From assembly GCF_001194135.2 (NCBI RefSeq), contig NC_068992.1:38228425-38276332 (forward strand): a DNA stretch of 47,908 nt, in the 5' to 3' direction. Of the stretch, positions 24,561-34,672 are shown piece by piece. This DNA is from Octopus bimaculoides (taxonomy: Eukaryota). The notes under the pieces are model-generated. The model searched no databases and had not been told where the DNA came from. It saw only the letters and a program-made list of their open reading frames with translations. A program made the position numbers and the translations under genes. Position 1 is the stretch's first letter; every line of letters begins with the position of its first letter.

Positions 24561-24860
24561 GTGTGGCTTAGTGGTTATGGTATTCAGATCATGATTGTAT
24601 AGTCATGGGTTTGATTCCTGGCCACATATGGTGTCCTCGAATAAAAGACATTATTCCACGTTGCTCCAGTCCACTTAGCTGGCAAAATTGTATTGTACCT
24701 GTATGTCAAAAGGGACAGCCTTATCACAATATGTGTCACGCACTGAATACCCCTGAGAACTATGTTGAGAGTAAGCGTGTCTGTGGAGTGCTCAACCATT
24801 TGCATGTAAATTTCACAAGCAGGATGTTCCATTGATTGAATCATCTGAAACACTCGTAAC
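24561..24860 (+). mobile_element. tRNA-derived SINE
   Basis: GTGTGGCTTAGTGGTTA (A box) .. GGGTTTGATTCCTGG (B box) .. CCACGTTGCTCCAGTCCAC. Confidence 0.65.
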
Positions 24861-25372
24861 AGAGAACCTGACTGATCCCTATTAAAGATAATAGTGTGTG
24901 ATTTAAAGGAGATTTGGCTGCTGCTTCTAACTGTTAGAATGATTACATAGACCCTACCTTTGTGTAACTACTTGTGACAGTTTAAAACAAAGACCAAAAA
25001 AAAAGCTAATGAATATCTTATTTTGAACATTTATTTATCAGGAATTTTAAAGTTTTGTTTGAATTACAAACTTTGACTGACTTTAACTATGTCAATTTGT
25101 GGACAATGAAAACTGGTTTTATGAGCAAAATAATTTCTTTGTTCACATAATTATAACTTACAGGGTTACTAGATATTTCTATTGTAACAGTGTCAGCCAG
25201 ACACAAACTGTATGTCATTAGTGGAGATTATTGTTCTATTGTTACAGCTTTTTTTTCTTTTTAGATTAATTGTTTAATCTGTTTGTTATATTTGCTGATA
25301 CTGCAACACTTGGCACCATGGGATTTTACTGCTTCAAAAAAAAAAGGCCTGTTCTATTAAACATTATTTTTC

Positions 25373-25757
25373 CATGCCAGTGGCATGTTAAAAGCACCAT
25401 TTGAGCGCGGTCATTGCCAGTGCTGCCTGACTGGCTCCTGTGCTGGTGGCATGTAAAAAAACACCATTTGAGTATGGTCGTTGCCAGTGCTGCCTGATTG
25501 GCTCCCGTGCCGGTGGCATGTGAAAGGCACCATTTCAAGCATGGCCGATGCCAGTACTGCCTGACTGGCCCTCATGCCGGTGACACATAAAAAGCACTCA
25601 CTCCACTCTTGGAGTGGTTGACGTTGGGAAGGGCATCCGGCTGTAGAAACTTTGCCAGATCAGATTGGAACCTGGTGCAGCCTTCTGGCTTGCCAGCCCT
25701 CAGTCAAACCGTTCAACCCATGCCAGCATGGAAAGCGGACATTAAATGATGATGATG
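25373..25757 (+). mobile_element. 5'-truncated RTE LINE 3' UTR with three ~66-bp tandem units
   Basis: Units begin TGGCATG at 25381, 25447 and 25514, with a partial fourth near 25580. The core and (GAT)n tail follow. Confidence 0.85.
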
Positions 25758-26049
25758 TTTTAGCCTCTTTTTAAATTCTGTCTTAACTCTTTTGATACCA
25801 ACTTACCTGAGATGGTTCTGTGATACAAACTTCTTTTAAAATTAAAACTTTCCATCAAAATATATTCAAATTGTTTCAAACTCCAGTTTAATAATAAGTT
25901 GATTAAATTCTTTTTTTTTTTTTTTAATTACAAAAGCAATGTATTCCAAAAGAAATATGGTAACAAATAATTACTTTTGTCTTCAAGAATTAAGTGATGT
26001 AGTAATTTAAGCTCATAAGCTTCTGACTCTATCCACCGTGGTAAAATAG

Positions 26050-27290
26050 TAAAAATGCTTCTGGCCTTTGGTCTCCCTGAGGAAACAACAGCACAATTAT
26101 GATGTTCTGTATCACCAAATCAGTGGTAAGATCCACAGATGGAGATACAAATTTCTTAGCTATCAAAACCAGAGTATTCCAGCAGGACACATTTTCACTT
26201 TTTGTCTTTGTGATCACTTTGGATTATGTCCTCAGCACATTGCTTGACAATCTAAACAATCTCATACTTGTAAAAAGATGGATCGATCAGACTACATGCT
26301 CAAAACCAATGATTTAGCCTTGCTCTCTGACACAATATAAAATTTCTTCCAATTACTTACAGAATTAGCTGCACATTGTGTTGAACTATTTGTTAATTCT
26401 AGTAAAACCAAGTCCATTGCTAACAATCAACAAAGACCCCCCCTCACCAACATCAGCAGAGACCCCATCAATCAAGTTGATGATTTCACGTATCTTGGTT
26501 CTGAGATACCTTGACTGAAATTGATATGAAAACTGACAGCCAAAGCTTGATCAGCCATAAACAAACTGGACGTTGTCTGGAAATCAACCCTCTCAGACCA
26601 CCTTAAGAGGAATTTTTTCCATGCAGCAGAAGAGTCAGTCCTTGTAAATGTAGCAACAACCTGGACACTTATCAAAAGAACTGGAATCCAGACTAGATGG
26701 AACTTCATCATCATCGTTTAACGTCCGCTTTCCATGCTAGCATGGGTTGGACGATTTGACTGAGGACTGGTGGGCCAGCAGGCTATACCAGGCTCCAATC
26801 TGATTTGGCAGAGTTTCTACAGCTGGATGCCCTTCCTAATGCCAACCACTCCAAGAGTGTAGTGGGTGCTTTTATGTGCCACCGGCACAAAGATCAGTCA
26901 GGCGGTACTGGCAACGGCCACGCTCAAAATGGTGTATTTTACGTGCCACCTGCACCTGAATGTTAAGAGCAGTCTTAAAGATATCTCAGAGAACCCATTC
27001 CGCTAAGAAACAGCTGTATGGAGATCTGTTTTCACCAAAATAAGGGAAAGGTACGTGCGCTTTACAGGACATTGCTAGTGGGCTAAACAAGAGCTGGCAA
27101 GTGACCTTTGGCTATGGATGTCAAAGCACGGCTGTACTTGAGCAGATTATCCAAACAATGTATGTAGATAACTCACTAGAGACACTGGATGCCTACTTTA
27201 AGGCCTCCCTCAACTAATGTAGGACCAAGACAGATGGCCTCTGGGTTAAAAATATCCAAGCAAACTTGACCAGATACTGATGAGTTTTGG
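26050..27290 (+). mobile_element. Old RTE-like LINE ORF2 remnant (second family), split by a younger insertion
   Basis: TKSVVRSTDGDTNFLAIKTRVFQQDTFSLFVFVITLDYVL (GVLQGDTLAP-like), DLALLSDT, QVDDFTYLGS, LDGT|..MLRAVL and KKQLYGDL. Confidence 0.75.
26705..26955 (-). mobile_element. 5'-truncated RTE LINE 3' UTR inserted into the older LINE
   Basis: (CAT)nCGTTTAACGTCCGCTTTCCATGCTAGCATGGGTTGGACG start on +. Confidence 0.85.
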
Positions 27291-27889
27291 GCTGATATAT
27301 TCAAAATAAGTGTCCAGTCTTCATGCTTATCATGGTAGTTAAAACATAATCATCATCAATTAATGTTGGTCTTCCATGATGGCATGGGTTGGACAGTTCA
27401 ACAGGAGCTGGTGAACCAGAGGACTGAGCCAAGATTCACTGTCTGGTTTGACATGGTTTTTACAGCAGCATACCTGCAGGAAGGGCATCCAACCACTTCA
27501 CAGAGAAGTCTGAATGCTTTTAATGTGGTACCAGCACCAGTGAGACCAAGTAACTTGCAAAACAAAAATCCTTCAACTGAGATATGCAGGGGTACGAGTT
27601 TGTGTGTGTGTGCTTGCATGTTTGTCTAAACTTCTATGTAAGTGCATCAAAAGAATTTAGTTTAATATTTAGTTAATTTGTTCATTTTTACATCCTTGCT
27701 ACCATAAATTCATGATCCTCATCGTTTAACGTCAACCTTCCATGCAGGAATGGATTGGGCAATTTGACAGGAGCTGGCCACATAGAAGACCACCCCCCAG
27801 GCTCCTGTGTCTGCTTTGGATGAGTTTTTACAACTGGATGCCCTTCCTAATACCAACCACTCCTCAGAGTGGACTATGTGTGTGTGTAT

Positions 27890-27938
<49 letters not shown>

Positions 27939-27956
27939 TATATATATATATATCAC

Positions 27957-28516
27957 CATCGTTTAATGTCCGCTTTCCATGCTAGCCTGGGTTGGATGAT
28001 TTGACTGAGGACTGGCAAGCGAGAAGGCTGCACCAGGCTCCAATCTGATCTGGCAGAGTTTCTACAGCTGGATGCCCTTCCTAACGCCAACCATCCCGAG
28101 AGTGTAGTGGGTGCTTTTACGTGCCATGGGCACATGGTCCAGTCACACGGTACTGGCAACGGCCACACTCAAAAAGGTGTTTTTATGTGCCACCTGCACT
28201 GGAGCCAGTCCAGCGGCACTGGCAACGACCTTGCTCGAATGATTTTCTAACATGCACCAGCACAAATGCTAGAAGGCAATGCTGGTAATGATTACGCTCA
28301 AATGGTGCTATTTACGGGCCACTAGCACGGAAGCCAGACAGCTGCTCTGGCAATGAACACGCTCGGACAGTGCTGTTAGTGCTCCACTGGCGCAGGTGCC
28401 AGTCATCGAGTATGGTTCAATTATGATTTCGATTTCACGTGCCCCAACAGGTCTTTGCAAGCAGAGTTTAGTGTCCAATGAAGGAGAGGTTGGCATGGGT
28501 GCCAGTCGTCAGATTC
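27957..28516 (-). mobile_element. 5'-truncated RTE LINE 3' UTR with multiple VNTR units
   Basis: Same tail and core, with repeated GCACTGGCAACG units. Shares TTTAGTGTCCAATGAAGGA with the 30484 copy and ends at a gap. Confidence 0.8.
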
Positions 28517-28736
28517 NNNNNNNNNNNNNNNNNNNNNNNNNNNNNTAAACTCTCCCTCATCAGATTACAAAACAAAAAGTATATATTATGGAGGTATTAA
28601 TTTACAGCTGGATATCCTTCCTGTTACTAACCTGTAGCAGTTCTTATTTCACATTTTAAAAAGCACTGAGCCAGTGGATGATTTGTTGATGTATTTCATG
28701 TTGTTTGCATAGTTGGTGACGAAATGTACCCATATA

Positions 28737-28795
<59 letters not shown>

Positions 28796-30483
28796 ACTTT
28801 TCATGTGAAGTGCTCAGGATGTAAACAAGGCACACATGTGTAAACACACGCAAAGCGTGTGTGGGGAAAAGGGGGTAAATGTCTTCTACTATAACCCCTG
28901 TATATGTTTTGTTTCTAATTTTCTGTGAAAACATCTCTGGTCATGGACAAATATGACCTACTTGGAAACGGATGAGGGTTAGTAACAAGAAGGGCATTCA
29001 ATCATAGAAAATCTGTCCCAAGGAAATCCATCTGATCCACAGAAACATGGAAAAATCATCATTTAACATTTGTTTTCCACACTGGCATCTGTTGGACAGC
29101 TTGACAGGAACTGGCAAAGCCAGGGCCCACACCAGGTCCCATACTTTGTTTTGGCATGGTTTCTACGGCTAGATGCTCTTCCTAACACCAACCACTCTAG
29201 AATGTACTGGGTGCTTTTCACATGGCACCTTGGTTTTAGAATCTCAGTTCTGTTGTCATGGGCAGGTGAAACAATGATGATAGTAGTTTCTGTCTACTAA
29301 ATTTACCACTAGACATTGGTCCATAATGGAAGACATTTATCCAGAGTGCTGTGCAGGTGGTAGTGAGCATGAAACTGTGGTTAAGTAACTAATTTGTTGA
29401 CCACACAGCCATGTCTGCATCTATTTAAATCCAGTAATATAATAATCCTATTCCTTTTCCACAATGTATATCGAGATAAAGAACTGAAAATGGCTGAACA
29501 GTTAGACTAATGAGTTAATGGTCATAACTTCATTTTTACAACCACTGTATTATCCCACTTGACTCTGTTCCATCAGTTTGCAGAATGAATGGTAGCCATC
29601 TGATGAAAAGACAATTATTTGAGAAAAGTAATTCCACCTCTGCTAACGTGGAAACTGGATGTAAGACACTCACACACATGTACAAGGAGTATTTAATGAA
29701 TGCTTGATGGGGATGTGGTTTGGTTTATTCTGTTTATGTCTTGACATTTTGATCTCAGTGAGGCTTAATGTTACTGAAACCATCTCAGTTCAAAAATCAT
29801 TTAGTGCCAATCAGCTTGTGCCATTTGGAATGGCACTTGGTCTTTTTAATTTTATTGAAGTTCAGCTTGAAATAATTTATATGCAGAAACTTGTGAATAC
29901 AGTAGGTGAAATTAGTGTGTTGCAGAAAAGTCCATGTGTAAATTATGACTCTTAATGGTAATAGGTTGATTTAGCTGTTTGTACCAGACTAAAAACTTTG
30001 AGTCAATTTAGTTGACCAAAAACCCTTGAGGACTGTATTCAGAATGACTGCTGTCCAAAAACGAACCGTTTATGATAAATTAGGTACTTGGGCATGCACA
30101 ATGTTCTCTTGGATCCAGAATCATTTACTCACATTTTTATATAATTCATTGCAAGTACAATGTATGGCTAATATAGTGGCCACACATTCCTTTCAGCATG
30201 TTATCATGACTATACCTTCTCTCTGTTAGCATGACTGCTGGCCAAGGGTGAAATTGAAGAAATTTTTTTCTTCTTTCAGTTCTTAATTTATGGTACTGGA
30301 ACCTAACTCATGACCAAATATTGGTGATTCTCTGGGCTGTGACAAACGAACAGACAAGCAGTTTATTATTTTAGTGTGGAAAGATTTTGTTATAATTGTT
30401 GGGTTTTTTTTTTTTTTCCAAAACTTTCCTAGTTTGCTAAGTTTTGCGGACATCCAAGATGACTGTTGAAATAATGTAAATCA

Positions 30484-31210
30484 CATCATCATCATCATTG
30501 TCGTTTAACGTCCGCTTTCCATGCTACCATGGGTTGGACGATTTGACTGAGGACTTGTGAAACCAGATGGCTACACCAGGCTCCAATCTGATTTGGCAGA
30601 GTTTCTACAGCTGGATGCCCTTCCTAATGCCAACCACTCCNNNNNNNNNNNNNNNNNNNNNNNNNNNNNNNNNNNNNNNNNNNNNNNNNNNNNNNNNNNN
30701 NNNNNNNNNNNNNNNNNNNNNNNNNNNNNNNNNNNNNNNNNNNNNNNNNNNNNNNNNNNNNNNNNNNNNNNNNNNNNCCACCGCCACAAAAGCCAGTCAG
30801 GCGGTACTGGCAACGGCTACGCTCAAAATGGTGTATTTTACGTGCCACCTGCACAGGAGCCAGTTCGGCGGCACTAGCAACGATCTCGCTCAAATGTATT
30901 TACACATGCCATCTGGCACAAGTGCCAGGAAGGCGATGCTGGGCACAGGTGCCATTGACGGTTTTGCTTTCGCTTGCCCCAATAAGTCTTCGCAAGCGGA
31001 GTTTAGTGTCCAATGAAGGAAGGTACGTATAAGTGGGCTACCTGAGGCCTTCGATTTAGGTCTCACTTGGCTTGCCGGGTCTTCTCACGCACAGCATATT
31101 TCCAAAGTTCTCGGTCAGAAGTCATTGCCTCGGTGAGGCCCAATGTTCGAAGGTCGTGCCTCACCACTTCATCCCAGGTCTTCCTGGGCCTACCTCTTCC
31201 ACAGGTTCCC
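30484..31210 (-). mobile_element. 5'-truncated RTE LINE: ORF2 C-terminus, 3' UTR VNTR and (GAT)n tail
   Basis: Minus strand reads GTCGRGRPRKTWDEVVRHDLRTLGLTEAMTSDRELWKYAVREKTRQAK*, then the VNTR/core/tail. Confidence 0.88.
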
Positions 31211-31905
31211 AAGAAACGGAACTGTGTTATTTACTGTTGTGTTTAAAGCGGCAAGCCAGCAGGATCATTAGTGCGTCAGTTGGAATGCTTGGCAGCATTT
31301 CTTCTCGTTACATTCTAAGTTCAACTCCCACCTGAGGTCACTTTGCCTTTCATCCTTTCAGTGTTGATAAAGTACCAGTCAAGTACTAGGGTCAATGTAA
31401 TCAACTTGACCTCCTCCCCTCAAAATTGCCGGCCTTATGCCAAAATTAGAAAGAAATTACTATTGCATTTACGTGTCACTTTTTACTCCCACTTTTAAGC
31501 TGAATTTGTCATCATCATCTAACATTGATGTTCCATTCTGGCATAGGTTTGATGATTTGATAGGAACCAATGTGTCCAAGGATCAGATCGTGCCCCAATG
31601 TCTGTTTTGGCATGGTTTCTATGGCTGGATGCCCTTCTACATGCCAGCCTCTTCCCAGTATGTACTGGGTGCTGTCTTTGTGCCATTGGTACTAGTGAGA
31701 TCGCCATGCAGCTTGTGGGGCTACAAAACATGGGTGGAAGTGATGCATTTATGGAAGGAGGCAGGGGCAGAAGATACATGGTTACTCACCTTTAGGAGAG
31801 AGTGGGAGTGAGTTACAAAATATTTAAAAAATCCAAAACTGATTGTTCCTACAATTAAACAGTTGCAGTTGTATTTTATTTTTATTTTATATTTATATTT
31901 TGTAG

Positions 31906-32016
31906 GGTAAAAATGTTATAGAACATCAAGAAGAAGCCAAACTAAAGGCCAAATATCCAAATTTGCAAATAAAAGGAGGTGGCTCAGCCTTGTTGCAGAA
32001 GCGTTTACAGAGAGGT
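31906..32016 (+). CDS. ENSA: Alpha-endosulfine / ARPP-19, coding exon 2 (37 aa)
   Basis: TTTTGTAG| GKNVIEHQEEAKLKAKYPNLQIKGGGSALLQKRLQRG |GTAAGT. Matches the family motif EEAKLKAKYP..GGS..L.KRLQKG; phase 0 at both ends. Confidence 0.95.
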
Positions 32017-32159
32017 GTAAGTATCTGTCATTGTTCTTTTCACACGCACACAATACTGGTATTTAGAAATGTTTCCTTTGATGTATAAAGAATTGCTTTC
32101 ATAAAACCATTTATTTATTATTTGATGTAAGGTAGTGAACTGACTGATTTCATGTGGTT

Positions 32160-32580
32160 CCATTTATGTATTTACTCTCCTTGAAGATGAAAGAAAAGGT
32201 TTATAGGACCTGCGAGAGATCTGCAATGCTGTATGGGAGTGAAGCATGGTGTCTGAGGGAAAGCGAAATGGCAATTTTGAGAAGGACCAAGAAAGCAATG
32301 TGTGGTGTGAAACTATTGGATAAAAGGAGGGCTGAGGCAAGGGCGAATGGAGTGCAGTGGTATAGACATGTATTGAGGATGGATGAGGATCATGTCTTGA
32401 GGCGAGTGCTTGATTATAGAGTGAATGAACCACGAAAGTGAGATCAACCAGAGAAAATGTGGAGGAGATTGGGAGGGTTGGCTTCAGGAGGGAGGACGCC
32501 CAAAACTGGGTGTGAGAGCAGTTGCTGTAAGAGTGAGGTAGATCCCGCCACCCCCATTAATGGGTACAAACCCAGTTTTA
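32160..32580 (+). mobile_element. RTE LINE ORF2 3' fragment
   Basis: LSLKMKEKVYRTCERSAMLYGSEAWCLRESE...NGVQWYRHVLRMDEDHVLRRVLD. Confidence 0.8.
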
Positions 32581-33439
32581 AAATACTGGACATCAATCGA
32601 TTTCACTTGTTCAGTTTTTTTACTTTTTACTGTTTATCATTTATGATCATTGTTTTAAATCTTGCTTTCCCATGCTTGCATGGGTTAGATGATACATTGA
32701 AGCAGACTTTTTCAATGTCCAACTGCTCTTCCCTGTTGCCAAGTAATGTAATACTCTTCCCTTGTCTGGATATGTTTTCACTGGAGACTGCAAACACCAC
32801 TGTTTGTGGAGCACTGGATCAAATGCCTTGTTCTTTGAGTTCAGATCCTGCCAAGACCGACTTTACTTGTTATCCTTGGGGGGAGTGGAGGGGATCAATG
32901 AATTATCAGTCCAGGATAATGAATTGGTTGAGTTGTTAGAACAGTGATTAGCATGTCTTGTGGTATCTGTTCTAACTCTGTTCATTCCAAGTTTAAAATC
33001 CTTTATAGACCTCCACACTTAGATATATTTTTTCATAGGTGGCTGTTGGTACTAATTCCCGCCATTCAGTCACAGATTTTTTTTTCTAATAAATTTAATT
33101 AAGAACTTCTGAGGTTGGCTTTTACAATGTTGGCCTCAGCAAAGTTTAGAGAAATATCATTTTATGCCTGCTTTCCGTGCTGGCAAGGGTTGAACATTTT
33201 GACATGATCCAGTGGGCAGTTTCTCTGTTTTAGCATGATTTCTATGANNNNNNNNNNNNNNNNNNNNNNNNNNNNNNNNNNNNNNNNNNNNNNNNNNNNN
33301 NNNNNNNNNNNNNNNNNNNNNNNNNNNNNNNNNNNNNNNNNNNNNNNTTCCTCGTGCCATTCAGTAACAACTTTAGCTGTGTGAATTGGTGCAGTATCAC
33401 CCTAAAAGATTGCATTTCCCTCCAGAAACAGTTCTGCAA

Positions 33440-33990
33440 CCATAGAATGAATTTAATCAGATAAAATGCTTAAATAGTCTTGACTATTATTTCTGCCATG
33501 AAGGGAAACCACTGGGCTGGCAGATTTCTAAGATATATCCCCCCCCCCCCCAATCATCACATATCTTCCTCCATGTTTAACAGTTGGAAGAAGGCAGTCT
33601 GGGTCAAATGCTACTTTTGGCTGTCTCCACATGTATACTTGGCTGGTGTTGGAAATAAGGCAAAGGATGACTTGTCTGAGAAAATAACATTCCCCTGCTC
33701 TAGGGACCAATTCTGTAGGTTTTTACTCCACTCTAAACGCTTTGCAATGTTTGTTTTTGAAAGTAGTGGTTTTCTGATTGCAGCCCTCCCATGAAATCTG
33801 GCTTTGTGCAGCTCCTGGCAAACAGTTTTGTGGAAACTGGGTTCTCAAAGTGGCCATTAAGCTCTGCAGTAATTTTGGAACTGTACTCTTGTAATCCTTT
33901 CTGACAATTCGCGTAAGAGTCCGACGGTCCCTATTTGAAAGTTTTGGTTTTCTTCTGGAGCTTTGTTTCGACGAGGAGGTTTTTCCCTCT
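33440..33990 (-). mobile_element. Tc1-family transposase remnant
   Basis: KPKLSNRDRRTLTRIVRK (HTH region) and QVYMWRQPKVAFDPDCLLPTVKHGGRYVMIGG (Tc1 PTVKHGGGSVM motif); frameshifted. Confidence 0.75.
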
Positions 33991-34447
33991 TTCTCAAAGG
34001 NNNNNNNNNNATATGCACCTATATATACAGGTAAACGTAGGTATGCACATACCTGTACGTATATATGCATATACTCATTTATTATTTGTTTTTATATATA
34101 TATATATAAAATGTGTGTTCATTTTCATTTTATGCTCTATAAAAGTCACAAGTTACACACAGTATTGTTACTTTTCCTGTCAGTTAAGCCAAAGGGACCT
34201 CAAGTGAGTGAGTCAGTGCCAGAAAGGCCATTTGGTTGTCAGACACTGCCTCAATAATATAGTCATTCATCTAACCCATGCTAACATGGAAAAATGTACA
34301 TAAAAACAAGACTAAATGTACAATAGTAAAGTGATATTCCTTGGAACAAGAGTTGTGTAATGTCATAAAATATCTTCTTCATATGTACATTTAAAAATGT
34401 TGTGATTTAAAGCTATATTTAATGACTCTTTTTGTTTTGTTTTTCAG

Positions 34448-34672
34448 TTTAAGTACTTTGATTCTGGGGACTATAACATGGCAAAAGCCAAACAGAACAA
34501 CCCGTCAGCTCCTTTACCTGCACTAGAGAAACGCTATTTTCAAGATTCCTTTGGAGAGCCTATTCCCAAACCTCCAAAACCTGAAAACCTCCCTCCAAAA
34601 AAACCTCACTGTCAGACAAGCAAACTGGCCAGTGATACAGCAGCGACAGCTTCTTCTCCTTCTCCTTTATGA
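34448..34672 (+). CDS. ENSA: Alpha-endosulfine / ARPP-19, coding exon 3 (74 aa + stop)
   Basis: TTTTTCAG| FKYFDSGDYNMAKAK...ENLPPKKPHCQTSKLAS...SPL*. FDSGDY is the Greatwall/MASTL phosphosite (Ser codon 34463-34465). Confidence 0.97.
   Translation, partial: FKYFDSGDYNMAKAKQNNPSAPLPALEKRYFQDSFGEPIPKPPKPENLPPKKPHCQTSKLASDTAATASSPSPL

Noticed and set aside
24561-24640. tRNA-like A/B boxes
   Set aside because: No complete cloverleaf forms and the sequence continues into SINE body, so this is a SINE head rather than a tRNA gene. The same applies at about 215-289 and 12704.
25381-25600. Regularly spaced repeats that could be taken for a CRISPR array
   Set aside because: These are head-to-tail ~66-bp units with no unique spacers, inside a eukaryotic LINE 3' UTR, and no cas genes are present.
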